From NCBI RefSeq assembly GCF_009914755.1, contig NC_060929.1: a stretch of DNA of 64,000 bases; one strand, written 5' to 3'. The number at the start of each line of letters is the position of its first letter. The stretch's first letter is position 1. Of this stretch, positions 42,146 through 56,180 are shown piece after piece. The stretch comes from the human T2T-CHM13v2.0 reference genome, Homo sapiens. A model generated the notes under the pieces. That model was not told the DNA's origin, ran no database searches, and was given only the letters and a program-made list of their open reading frames with translations. The position numbers and the translations under genes were made by a program.

Positions 42146-42619
42146 GTAAGAGCAGCTGGTCACAATAACCCAGGCACTTCCCTTCACAGCCTCATTCCTC
42201 AGTCCTTCATATGACACTTTCTTGGGAATATGAGAGGTCTGTTCAGGGCTCATTTTGGTATAGCACTATGCCTGGTATGAGCTCCAACTCACCAAAAAAG
42301 CTAGCCGAAATAATACATTTTGACCCAGCCCAAATATGCACCCAAATTGGAAGCATCCCAAGCAACTACCCACCAGCTTTGCTCCCAGGTGGCCTAGATA
42401 TGTAGAAAGCCACAGTAGAAATAGTGTTTACAACTGAGTTATCTCACCAGACTCTCAAAGCAGACCCCTTAAGTGGACAAAGAAAGCCCAGGAAAGCAGC
42501 CTGGCCACAACAAGCATAGGCAAGATCAGACCAGGCAGACATTTGATTCCTGAAAATAAAAAGTTTTCCAATACTGGACTAGAAAAACAGACCATAATCA
42601 ATGCAACCCGATTAACTTA

Positions 42620-43190
42620 TATTTGCAGCCTATTAAATTGAAAAAAATTGCACAGGGCAAGATTAGAAGACAGGTGCTGATTTTATTCGACACTATTGTC
42701 AGCAATAGGGGAGAAAGCACAAACCCAGCTCCGCCAAGACAAAGGGCTAGAGAGTTTTTAAGAGCTGAAGTAGGTTAGAGGGTATGGGTCATAAGCCAAC
42801 TGTGTTTGCCAATTGACATTACCAGAAGGAAAAGTCAACTTTCTACGAACTTCATCACAGGAGGTAGTTTTAGGACTTGAAGCAATGCACCTAGTGAAAT
42901 TAGGCTCCTAGTCTCACACAAGAACTGGGAGATAGAGTCCCTGTCTTCCTTGATGATTAATTATATTACAAAGAGATGGTTTTTAGGTCCTTGAGAAAGA
43001 CATTCTTTCCTGGGTTGTACAACTGGTAGGAGGCTTTTGAAAAGATTTACATCTCAAAGGAACAGTGAAAGGATTTACAATGTCGTTTTCTTAAAGCAAA
43101 TGCCCTAACAAAAGGGAGGTGGGCCCTAGAGTCAGGAAGCAGCCTGTCTAAAGCTAAGTCAAGCTAAAATAACAGGAATGAAGATAGAGA
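42620..43190 (-). mobile_element. MER67-like ERV1 solo LTR
   Basis: ggtccttgagaaagacattc...aagatttacatctcaaagg...ctagagtcaggaagcagcctgtctaaag resembles the recalled MER67 consensus. Confidence 0.6.
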
Positions 43191-43937
43191 ATGGAAAAGG
43201 GTACATTTCTGATCCTTAATTGATTAACTTAGATAAAGAGATACTACAGGAAATGAGAGTACTTATCTGGCAATCCCTACAGCTAATGCATAATAGGTGT
43301 TCAGTAAATGTCTTTTCATCAAAGGACCAATACATGCTGGTACTTCCAGCCTTCAAAGGGACAATTCATGGCTCAGGCATAGGCCAGACCACAGAAGGTC
43401 TGAAATATCAGCAGAAATCTGAGAGGCAGGAGCAGCCACTCAGGTAGGAGGTTTCAAGAAATCAGGATACCAGGACAGTGAAGACCCCATGCAGCCATGT
43501 TAGGAATCTGGATTGTAAAGAGAAGATGGAGTTAGAAAGATGTCATCCAAAGCAGAGGACAAAGCCGGGCCATGACCAGGAGGACAGATCCACATGGCAT
43601 GGGTTGTATGCAAAGATTAAAGTGAGATGCCTAAGCAGCCTAGACCAGTCTTGATAGCATCCCCACGACATTGGTTTGGGCAAGCAAAAATCAAGTATTA
43701 TAAACAGTCGTGTCAAAAGCTTATGGCAGAAATAGCTGAAAACCAATAATGAAGGCATAGGGAACAGATAATTTTTATGAATCATTCTTCATTCAGAGCA
43801 ATACATACCTCCTTTGGAAATGGTATAGTACTCAATATTCCAACAATCCCTAGATAGAGGACTTTTATCTTGAGAAACTGAACCAATATCTAAGACCAAC
43901 AAGGAATAAAGAGGAAAAAGCAGTAAATAAAATCTAA

Positions 43938-44740
<803 letters not shown>

Positions 44741-44759
44741 TATTCCTAACCACTGATTT

Positions 44760-44990
44760 ATTGTTCAAATAGTTGAAAGTTTGCCACATAGAACTGAAGG
44801 GAGCCTTATTTTGCACTGATCAACAGGATCCTATAAAAACCAGGGGTGAAAATTACAAAAGAGGAGGTTTCGGTTCAATATTTAAAGAAAGAGCCTAATG
44901 AACAGCCCATCAAGTAACAGACTTTGGAGGCAATGAGCTTTTTGTCCAGGATGCTCAAAAGCAAAAGTTCGCACATAGTTTTGGAGGACC
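44760..44990 (+). mobile_element. CR1/L3 3' fragment
   Basis: ttcaaatagttgaaagtttgccac...gaaaattacaaaagaggaggtttcggttcaata...ggcaatgagct. Confidence 0.5.
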
Positions 44991-45418
44991 GGTGGAAAGC
45001 ACACTAGAAAAAGCCATCAAGAATCTGTGGTGTTGGGTAACAACAGGCAGCTAGATAAATGTTTCCCAAAGCGGGTTCCGTAGACATTAGTCCTACAAGA
45101 TGTTTCACAAAACAAGGACTCTGTGATCAAATGACTTTGGGAAGTGCTATCTACTCTAGCCTTCTTCCCTCTCCCTGGGAGATTGACAAGTGTATCGACA
45201 TATTTAGACATCGAGATGCCCTGCAGGAAGGAAATCCTTTTTCTATTTCTATTTCTATTTCTATTTCCACACTATTTGACCTTGAGAAGTTTTTGTTTCT
45301 TCCCCAACAAGGTACTCATTAACTGCCTATAGGACAAGTTTTCTACAAAATGTATTTTAGAAAATGCTATGCTAGATGATTTTCTAAAATTCTTTTTAAA
45401 TCTAAGATTCTGTCTCAA

Positions 45419-45551
45419 TTAAAAATCTTGTTTACTATTAAAAATATTGTTTTTAATAACTATTAAAAATATTGTTTACTAGTTATCATAACAATTAAAA
45501 ATATCGTTTACTAGTTATAATATCATAAAAATATTGTTTACTAGTTATCAT
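45419..45551. repeat. Imperfect tandem array of TAAAAATATTGTTTACTAGTTATCATA-like units (5 copies)
   Basis: taaaaat(c/a)t(t/c)gttt recurs five times at ~19-32-nt spacing. Confidence 0.8.
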
Positions 45552-47107
45552 AAATGTAACATGAATTTTGATTGATTCTGCCTTTATGAAAATCTTGGAT
45601 ATAGTATGGCATCTTATTCAGATTTAGTTAATTAAATTATGCCTTCTAAAAATAAATTAGTATTTTATATAAGATAATCACTATAATAAGGTAAGCCTAA
45701 GGCACAGATAACAGCACTGTCCCAAAAACCAATTGTATAAAAGAAGCTCTACTAAACCTAATCATTATTAAGTAGTTTAGTTCTCTAAGTTAAGGAGGAA
45801 ATAATTTCCTGATTTCTAAATTTATTTACCAAATAATACAATTCTATGGTTTAATGACTAATAATTTTTATAACCTCAACACACTTATTTTAATTCTCCA
45901 AAGTTGTCAATATTCAGTTTGTACAAATTGGGTTTCTATTTGATCCTATTCACCATAAATGTGTCATTCTGCAAGTTCTTATAAGTATAATTTACAAGAC
46001 TCATTTTTCTCCTCTGTTTTACCAAACCTAAGCATGACAGGTGCAAACACTTATTGTCAAACTGTAGGATTTGTTCATACATGAATATTTTAAAACTTAA
46101 TTTGGTTGTTTTGCAAGGAAAGAGAAAAAGGTTTAGTTTTTCTTGTCATTTCAAAATGCTAATTTAAAAACTACTTAAATATATATTTGTGTTTAAAATC
46201 CAAGGAGACTATTAAAAATGTTCTATAATGTGAGACAATACATAAATGGTACTTTTATTTTTTAACTTAGATTCAAGTTCACCAAATTAATTTTTTCCTG
46301 TTTCAGTCATTTAGTTAGAAAAGTCGAATAGCACAGAAAACAGCTTTTTCCAGGAGCAATTTGGCTTAACCTTTTCTATATCAAATACAGACTTATTGAA
46401 ACTGTTCTTGTCTTTTGTTGTTGACTGCAACAAAAAACCAGACATTTATTTGTTCTGAACTGTGAATATGGCAGTAAGAGAATATTTCTTGATATTTTAC
46501 AAAATAAGTGGTGACATAATTGTTTGATAAATGTAGGGATCCCTTCATAAATATCTTTGAGTTTGGTGTAGATAAGGCTTTGAACATTAGGTCAATTTTG
46601 TTTTTCTTTTTACAAAGATGCTTTCTGTAATTAACTAGATACCATGGAATTCATCTGTATCAGGAGCTTCAATATTTAGGCCCTCAGGTATTGATTTAAG
46701 TAGCCCAGGTGACTAAAGCAAAGTCTGGAGGTCATGTTTACACTAACATAGAGAAGCACAGATATACACCATATTGTCCTAAACCGAATGGGAGACCAGG
46801 TCGAAAAATATCATATTCTACATTTGTGTTGTTGGCACTGTGTGAAATCTCACTATGCACACACTTCAGCGTATGCATACCACAAAAGGAAATGACCTGT
46901 GCTGACAGGGAGTCACAACAAGGGAATGACCGATGCTCATCTTGCCACCAGCTCTTCTGGGTTGCTACATTTTTCACAAGGTACTTACTGGCAAAGCAAG
47001 CAGAAGGGTTTAGCTGTGAGCACTAGAGGAGCTGAATTCTCTCTCTTCTCCACATATTGAACAAGAAAGGAAATTGTGGAAAGAGAACTATTCTTTAAAC
47101 TCTGTGT

Positions 47108-47484
<377 letters not shown>

Positions 47485-47957
47485 CTAGAGAACCAGAACC
47501 CAGTGTTTTTTTTTGTATTTGTATTTTGTATTTGTATGTATAGTGTTTTTTGTTATCTCTCAAATCAACTCATATGCTACCTATGACAAAGAAGTTTGCT
47601 ACTATATTGGCTGATTGAATCTAGGACACAGGAATTGCTAATGTTAAAATAGTAAATAGCATGCACTACTTGAAACATCATACATCCTGTAACTGTCACA
47701 ATGTCAAGAGGCACAGAAAAGTCATTTTGTTAAATAGAATCATGTTCCGTAAATATAGAGAATGCAAAGTCACTAGTTATCTTTAATTTTAATGAAAATC
47801 TTAGATATAGACTTGTAACTAATGTTCCTTCTTATTTCCAGAAAATTATTTTCAATCTAAATGTTTTCAAAATAGTGCTTTCAGAGGCTTATATCGGAAA
47901 TATGTACAGATCAGCTTGTTCTTTCTTGGATATTAACATTCACATTTGCTATTAAAG

Positions 47958-48109
47958 GCAGAGCTGAACCGTTTCCAAGATACAAAGAGACTCCTTCAAG
48001 ATTATTACTGGGGAATGGAAAGTAAAATCCCAGTAGAGGACAACAAGAGATTTACTCGAATCCCTTTGGTCCAACTGGATAGTAAAGACAATTCTGAAAG
48101 CCAGCTTAG
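47958..48109 (+). CDS. SPEF2: SPEF2 coding exon (152 nt, phase 0-2): AELNRFQDTKRLLQDYYWGMESKIPVEDNKRFTRIPLVQLDSKDNSESQL(R)
   Basis: Acceptor attaaag|, donor AG|gtaagg. Frame continuous. Confidence 0.93.
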
Positions 48110-48470
48110 GTAAGGCAGGCTATTATATCACACTGTAATTGTTTTGAACATAAAGCTTTGTGATTTAAAATTAATTACCACTAATAAAAATCACACTCCT
48201 TTATCTGCAAATCTAAGATCCAAAAAAGCTCTAATAACCAAACATGTTTTTTTTTTAACGTTAGTGTGTCATTGACTTAAGACTACTAATATACATTATC
48301 CAATTTATAGGGAATATTTACTCATTTTGCTGCAGAGATAAAATGTGTTTTATGATGGAGTCATCCCACAGACTCTGCAGGTGGTATTAGGGAATATATG
48401 GTATACACAAATTCTGAATTCTGAAACACTTTTGGCCCCAACGGTTTCTGGTAAGAAATTATGAACCTCT

Positions 48471-48766
48471 GCCAGGCGCGGTGGCTCACACCTGTAATCC
48501 CAGCACTTTGGGAGGCCGAGGCAGGCGGATCACGAGGTCAGGAGATCGAGATCATCCTGGCTAACACGGTGAAACCCCGTCTCTACTAAAAATACAAAAA
48601 AAATTAGCCGGGCGTAGTGGCGGGCGCCTGTAGTCCCAGCTACTCAGGAGGCTGAGGCAGGAGAATGGCATGAACCTGGGAGGCGGAGCTTGCAGCGAGC
48701 CAAGATCTCACCACCGCACTCCAGCCTGGGCGACAGAGGGAGACTCCGTCAAAAAAAAAAAAAAAA
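48471..48766 (+). mobile_element. AluY (CpG-rich, young)
   Basis: ggatcacgaggtcaggagatcgag, ctaacacggtg, gagaatggc, ggagcttgca. Perfect TSD AAATTATGAACCTCT (48456-48470 / 48764-48778). Confidence 0.96.
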
Positions 48767-49569
48767 TTATGAACCTCTAACACTTTTATGAAAGGACCAA
48801 AGCAGGTGTGTGTGTGTACCTATTGTATTATATAAATGAAAATGAAAATGGAAGGTGTTTTGAGTCTTTTACCGATAAAGACATTGAGAAACAGTAAAGT
48901 CTCAGTAGTATGTGATAATGACCTTATGAGAGTGACTGAAAGACCTATTAATAGTCTAACATCAGATTTCTGCCAGCAAAAAAATAAACTTGGTGGTAGG
49001 ATAGAAGAAAAATTTTATTTTCAGCCAAGCAAATCCTGTGCAATATAAAAGTCTGTAAGTCATTGTTTTTGTAGATCCAATGGGTAGGGGCAAAGGAAAG
49101 GCAAGATCCCAAACGCTGAGAAATTCTGAACAGATAGAAAAATGTCCTCTAGAAATGGGAGTTAGGAGTGGTGGTGATTCCTGTGGCATGGTTTCCAACT
49201 ATAAAACATTAAGAGAGCTAAAAGTAAGAATTAAAATAAAGCAATTAAAAAATAGAAATCAAAATCCTTAAAAATTAAATGAATTTTAATTTGAACTAAA
49301 TAAAGTATAGTGAAGAATTAAAACAATCCTTTTTAATAATCAGTAGGCAGGCGATAAGAAACAAAAAACATTATATCAGATATGAGGAGGGGAAAAAGAA
49401 AGTCAAGTTTAAAAAAATAATATAAAGGCACTGAAGATTAAATTTAAATCTCCAAGGGGATAAGCTATATATTTTATGTTGAAGGCAGTGTACCATATTT
49501 TTAGAAGTTTGCTCAGTCAATGCAGGTGTCAGGAGCTGCACAAACTAAACGCAGGATAATGAATATATT

Positions 49570-49810
49570 TTGAAGTAAGACAGATCTGGTTTGAATCCTA
49601 GTTCTGTTACTCAATCATTGTATGTAAATAAATTAAGACAATTTATTTGTTGTCAAGTCACTCCATCTCTCTTAAGCCTCAGTTTCCTTATCTGTAAAGG
49701 AGGGTTGTTGTGAAGATTATGGAAAATAAAATCTACAAAGCATTTAGTACCATATTGTGGTATCAGAAGATGAGATTGAGTCCCAATAATGCTCAATAAA
49801 TGTAGATTAT
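49570..49810 (+). mobile_element. MIR SINE
   Basis: tttgaatcctagttctgttact...aagcctcagtttccttatctgtaaa...atgctcaataaatg. Confidence 0.75.
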
Positions 49811-51413
49811 TACCTATTGTATGTTCCTGCTTTGTTTCTTTTACCCTCCCTTGTTCCAAAAAGAATTTGAGATGGCCTGAACACATTATTTTATGCAGCG
49901 ATCCAAAGCCCATTTTTGTTCTCTCCTGGCTTTTTCCATCTACTCCCATCACATCCCTGTCAGGCCCGTGTGTACACAAGAATATCTAAGAGTAAAAATG
50001 TGTCCCCTCTTTTTGACACAAATAGAAGGAAAATGTTCAGCAAGCTGCTGAAAGAGATCTTTGAGATTAAAAACAATTAAAAAAAAATCCAAAGGCGGTA
50101 TAAACCACTAGAACCATCAAAAGAGGCCAAATTTCAATGTCGAGAGTGGCAGTACATTCTGTTCTCAGCACACAATAGCAAGTTAGGCATAATGGGTAAG
50201 CTGTTGATGTTGGTTAGTAGAATGAAACTGGCAAAAGAACATCCAGTTCTTATTTCCTGCGAATAACTCTGCACCAGTCTCAGCCTCAAATCACAGCTTT
50301 GGGTACCTACTGGAACTATCAGTCAATCAATATATCAACCAACTAACCTATCAACCTGTCATATATAAAGGGAAACAAGAACAATGTTAAAAATTTTCAT
50401 ATATTTTGTCCGCTTTATTCTTCCCAACAACCCTATAGCAATAATAATATTAGTAGTAGTATCATAAGATTATTCACAATGATAGTAATAACTCTTAGTT
50501 AATAATGAATACTTATCATAATAATTATTATATTTGTATTATTCCAAGAGGAACTGAACCTCATAAAGTCAAATGACATGCTCAAGTTTATACCTACTAA
50601 TAGTGAGAGAGCTACCTACATCAGAGTTCTTTCCAGTAAATAAATTCTAAATGCAAATTCGTTTTCTAAGTTATATGCCACCACTGCTGTCCTCCAAAGC
50701 AAGACGTTGAAAAATACATGTTGTACTGTATTAAACATTTAGAAGTGATCGCACAAGCCTTACCCGAACTTATTGAACACATGAATCACAGTCAAACTGG
50801 AGTGACAGTGATTTAGCCTTATTTGATTTTTAAAATGTAATTTAATTTGTGGGTAGATGAGTAGCAGATCCTCAATACACTGCCTTTTTAGGCACGGTAG
50901 ACTGTGCCTATGATACTGTACCAGTGATTCATTTTTCTGAATCACTGCTCTCTTCTCCAGCAACTTGAGTCTACAAAACCAAATGCTTGTTCCTAGATTA
51001 CTGATTCTGACTCTCCTCCTCTAGTTTCAACAGAGGCATCCTTGGAGCTGTTCTCTTCTCTTTCCTTCCCCAAGCTGATAGCCCTTTGCACTTTCTATTA
51101 CTAAAGGGGGATTCCAGTCACAATAAGCATTCTACCTTGTAGATCTTTCCCTGCTTCTGTTAACCTTTGAGATCCTGGGATCCTTCTGGGATAAGATATT
51201 CCCAGAGGCAGCTCAAAAATTTCTACACAGGAGCAGCAATAAGGGAAGAGGGAGGGAGAGCTTAACTTTGTGTCCCCACAGCACTTTACAAAACAAAGAG
51301 AAAACCTTTGTGGGGGTGGTGCTGTAGGCTACCCCCACCCACCATCAAAACTTAGCTGCCTCTGTGCAGTACCCCCTTTCAGACCTCACATTAGTATTAG
51401 TCATGTGTTACTG

Positions 51414-51455
51414 TCAGAGGAGATCAGGTGTGTTCAATGTGGTATGGCCATGGAC
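51414..51455 (-). pseudogene. Tailless 5S rRNA retropseudogene fragment (5S nt 1-42)
   Basis: Minus strand GTCCATGGCCATACCACATTGAACACACCTGATCTCCTCTGA vs 5S GTCTACGGCCATACCACCCTGAACGCGCCCGATCTCGTCTGA (34/42; 5 of 8 mismatches at CpG). Flanking repeat AGTCATGTgtTAC / AGTCATGTccTAC. Confidence 0.85.
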
Positions 51456-51910
51456 AGTCATGTCCTACCTTCAGTTGTGCCCTCCGGGATGCCAGATGAT
51501 ACTTGTCACCTTAGAGAAGTGATGCCCAGTTTCGTTTGGTTTGCTTTTTCACGACTGACTTTTTTATTATCCTTCATGGGAAGTGTATGCTCTGGAACAA
51601 ATTCCAAAGTCGCTTTTCTTTATAATGGCCACTGTCTAATCCTCTGCTTTATAATTACTGAGAATTAAGTCTGAAAATTATGGGTTTTTGTTGTTTGCTT
51701 TGAGTCTCTTCTTATTAACAAGATGTTCTAGACCACAAAAATTTGAATGCAGTGTTTTATAATCTTTTCTCCATTAAAATAATTCTTTCAGGAAAACTTT
51801 GAAAATTGAGATTAAACCAAGACAGTAAAATTTACAAAGTAACATGGTCACAAAAACAGAATTTTGTTAAGCAAAATTTTTTATCCTTTTTGCTTGTTTG
51901 TTTCTCAAAG

Positions 51911-52091
51911 AATTCCTCTAGTTCCTCGAATATCCATTTCTCTGGAAACAGTTACACCCAAACCAAAAACAAAATCAGTACTGAAGGGCAAGATGGATAA
52001 CTCCCTAGAAAACGTTGAGTCCAACTTTGAGGCCGATGAAAAGTTGGTCATGGACACCTGGCAGCAGGCTTCTTTAGCAGTATCTCACATG
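51911..52091 (+). CDS. SPEF2: SPEF2 coding exon (181 nt, phase 2-0): IPLVPRISISLETVTPKPKTKSVLKGKMDNSLENVESNFEADEKLVMDTWQQASLAVSHM
   Basis: Long pyrimidine tract then tctcaaag|, donor ATG|gtaagc. Lies within ORF 51864..52121. Confidence 0.95.
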
Positions 52092-52629
52092 GTAAGCAGT
52101 GCTCGTTATATTTTCTGTTAGTAATACACATTCATTAAGTACCAAGGTTGGTAATATGCTATAAGTGGAAAATTGACACAACGCTCTCAAGCACTGTAGA
52201 AAGTTGTACCTTCGAAACATTTTTTTTCTGAAAGAAATAGAGAAATGTGATTCATTCAACAAATATTTGAGATCATGAAACGAACCAACATTTAGGTTAT
52301 TTTCTGTGCTGGGCTCTGGTTCCACATGCAGGGCCTAAAGGCAGTCAGGAAATGTTAATGAGGTGGGTCAAGTGTAAGACAATCAGGAGGGATGGGTCTG
52401 GGGCCAAGCAGAAGTCACATCCCTGCTTGCAGGGGCACATGCAATTGCCATTTAAAAATGAGGTCTGGCATGGCCAGACTTTCCAATTTTCCAAGAAAAG
52501 CCAGACATTCAGATTTTTATGTAAAACTACTAATTTTAACATGTAAGAAATGAAATAAAAATTTTTAAAAAATATTCTGCAGAGTCAAGCAAATCACAGT
52601 CTGGCCTATAAGGGCTCTATTTGGCAACC

Positions 52630-52800
52630 CCTCTGCTAGGCATTTTTCCTAAGTTACCTATGGGGTAAGTATTATTATTATCCAATTTACGATGGAGAAT
52701 TAAGGTTCAGAAAGGCTAAGAAACTTGCCCAAGTTCTCCTAGCAGGTAAATATCCAAATGAAATTTGAACCTAGGTCTATATGACTTCAAAGCTTATATC
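52630..52800 (-). mobile_element. MIR SINE
   Basis: attattatatccaattt...aaggttcagaaaggctaagaaacttgcccaag...tttgaacctaggtct. Confidence 0.75.
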
Positions 52801-53289
52801 ATTTCTACCCAAATCAAAGGGAAAGGGGAGGCATACACATAACTTTAATCCAAGCAGAAGTGCCACACCATGGAGAAGATACACACAGAGTTTAACTCAG
52901 GTGATCAATTGCTATTCCCTCATCTGCCAGGTCCTGGGTCTACCAAGATGTCTTCTCTTTTCACAACATGCCAAGCCTTCTTTGAGTTTCCATGAAATAT
53001 CGCATTCAAACAGAAAGCAGCATCAACTTTCCAAAAGATTTTGTGAAAGTGGTAGAAGAGGACCTTGCAGCACAGATCTCACAGCAAACAAAATTTCCAA
53101 CTGGGCACTTTCCAAGTCCCTTCTTGGCCTCTCTGCCTTCAGGCTTCTTTTTCTCTGACCTTCTCATACAAGCAGCCTGTGTTTCCTTTCTTCCTCCCTC
53201 TCTTTCTTTTGTTCTCCCCGCTTATTTCTTTTCTCCCTCTCACAAGCAATGATAACTCCTCTCATTGTTTCTGCTTCTTTCGAAAAACA

Positions 53290-56180
53290 TTTTAGTATGG
53301 ATTTTCACATACATAAGGAAAATGCATGAATTATAATTGCATGACTTAATGAACCCACCTAAAGTAAATACTCATGGCACCACTACCTGGAGAGAAATAG
53401 AATAAGGGCTGCACCTACCTAGTCATTCTTTGCTCCTTCCCATTTCTAACCCACTTCGAATTCTCTAAAGGGGACCAACATACTGCCTTTTTAGGAATCA
53501 TTTCCTTGATGTTCTTAAGAGTTTTATTACCCAAGTCTATAGCTCTAAACACTGATGTGTAGTTTTCCTTGCTTTTGAGCTTTAGATAAATGGACTCATA
53601 TCTTTTGTCTTTTTTGTGTCTTATTTTGCTCAACTTTCTTTGTGAGATTCATCTTATGTTGTTCATTTTTTGTTGCTGTATTGTGTTGCATTATATGAAT
53701 GTATCACAATTTATTTAACCAGCCTGCTTTTGATAATACCTTTGGGTTTCCAATTTGGTGTCGGTATGGATACTGCTGCTATGAATGCTTGTACATGTCT
53801 CCTGGTACCCATGTGCATAGATAACTGTTGGGTATACATCTAGCAATGTGTGCTATCTTCAAAGCTAGTAGACAATACTATACTTAATACCTCAGCTTTC
53901 TTAGGTAGTGCTAAACCCTTTCACCGTTTCACCGCACTATCATCTTTGTCATACATTAGATGACCACTTATGTGTAAGTCTGTTGCATTGCTCCATTTGT
54001 CTGTGCTTATACCAACACCACACCAATATACCATTTATTTGTTACCTGAATGAGCAAATCTTCCCATCTTGTCATCTGCCAAGAACATTTTGGATTTTCA
54101 TAACTTTTTGCCTTTCCATATTAATTTTCAAATCAGCTTGTCAAGATTCACAAAAATGTTGGCTGCTGATTTTTAAGGAAGTATTTATCAGATTATGAGC
54201 ATTCCTTTTCATATCCTGTTTACTCTAGAGGTTTTTTCATGAATTGTATTCTCAAATGCTTTTTCTGCCTGTATTATATAATTTTTTCTGCATTTTCTGT
54301 TAATATGAAAAATCACATTGACCAATTTTCTAATGTTAAACTTACATCACATTCCTGGAGTAAGTCCAACATTTTAATGAGACGTCATCTTTCTTAAATA
54401 TTACTGGGTTTGTTTTGTTAATACTTTGTTTAGAATTTTAGTCTTTGAATGAGATAATGAAAGTGAGTGAGTTCTGTAATTTTCCTTTCTCATGCTATCT
54501 TTGATGGCTTGGAGCATCCAGATAATACTAGCTTAAAAAATCAAGTCTGGATATATTTCCTCTCTATACTTTGGAAAATTTTGTGGAAGTTGGGATTATT
54601 TCTTCTTGAAATGTTTGGTAGCATTCACTAAGAGGCCATCTAGAACTAAAGTTTTATAGGAAGTTTGTAGCAGGAGTTTCTGTTGCCCTCCTCCCACCCA
54701 AGAATTCATTATCTTTAATAGATTATGCAATGTTTCTGGGTTTGTTTCTTCTTAGAAAAAACTTGAGTTGTTTTTGGTAGATATTATTTTGCTAAGAATT
54801 TTTCCATTTCTAAATGTTTAAATTTATGGGTATGAAGTTATTTAAAATGGCCTACATTTGTGTTAATACTTGCAGTGTCTATGTGACGTCCACTTTGTCA
54901 CTTCTGATGTTTATTATTTGTGCTTTTCCTCTTTTTTTTAAATCAGCTTAGCCAGATGTTTATCAGTTATACCAGGCTTTCCAATGACTGACTTTTAACT
55001 TCATTCATTTATTTTACTATGTGTCTTTTTTTCTTTTCTTAATATCATATTTTCCTCGTGCTATTTTCTTTGGGTTTACTTTGCCATTCTTTCCCTAGGG
55101 ATTTGAGATAGATCATAGTTTATTAGTATCCAATCTTTTTTTTCTAACATACACATTTGCTACTCTAAAGTTTCCTCTGTGGCTTACTTTAGCTTCATCT
55201 CAAAGTTTCTAATATGTTACTTTTATCATCGAATTCAAAGCATTTTAGAAATATATTTTTAATTTTCAAAATAATATGTTGTTTTCTGGCTTGATTACAT
55301 TTTATTCATGGAACATATTCTCATAAAAGTTTTTGAAGTTGCCTTATGGTCAATTTTTGAAGTGTTACATGTGTACTTGAAATATATTCATTTAAGTGTT
55401 TAGTGTACATATTGCACTTCATTGTTTATATACAAATATTTTGATATATTATTTTACTATGTATTTTAAATATTTATTAAATATCATTGTTTAAATCTTA
55501 TGTTTCTCATTTGTTTTCTCCTTTGAATTATGAAGAGAGTTATAATAAGATCATCTGTACTTTGGTCAATTTGCTTTATATATATTTGAGACAATGAAAT
55601 TGGGAAAATATAGATTTTAAATTGTGAAATCTTTCTGGTGGAATGAACCTTTTCTTATTATGAAATAATCTTCTGTATATATAGTGCTTTTGTTTTGTAA
55701 ATTATACTTTTAGAAATTGTTTATATGTCATATCTTTTCATCCTTTCATTTTCATCTTCTCTGTGTCTTTTCTGCTTTTTTTCCCCTCTGTAAGTTTGGT
55801 CATCATGTATTCTGTTACTAGTCTCTTAGCAATTGCCCTAGGAATTACACCGTGAATTAGTGGCTCCTCAAAGTCTATTATTTGGTCAATAATTCATGGT
55901 GTTATTTCTAGGGTAGCTACTAAGTGATTTAGTGTGTGCTATTTCCAAGCTAACATGGGGGGAAGATGAAATTTAAAATATCCAATCCAAAAGAAGCAAA
56001 GAAAAGAGGGCAGAAAAAATATTCAGGACAAGCAATACAAATAGAAAGTACAGAGAAGATAGTAGATTTATAGCCCAAATATATCTACAACTACATTAAA
56101 TTTAAATGGGCAAAATGAACTAGATAAAGGAAAATAAGTATTAGATTTTTTATAAATGGGATATGATGTGTATAAGGATA
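53290..56180 (-). mobile_element. Old degenerate L1M (L1MC/ME-like) block, mostly minus, last ~300 nt plus
   Basis: ttgtgagattcatc...atgtatcacaatttatttaacc...actgctgctatgaat...aaatcagcttgtcaa...tgaaatgtttggtag. Plus-strand ORF2-start-like caaatatatctacaactacattaaatttaaatggg near 56075-56110. Confidence 0.65.
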
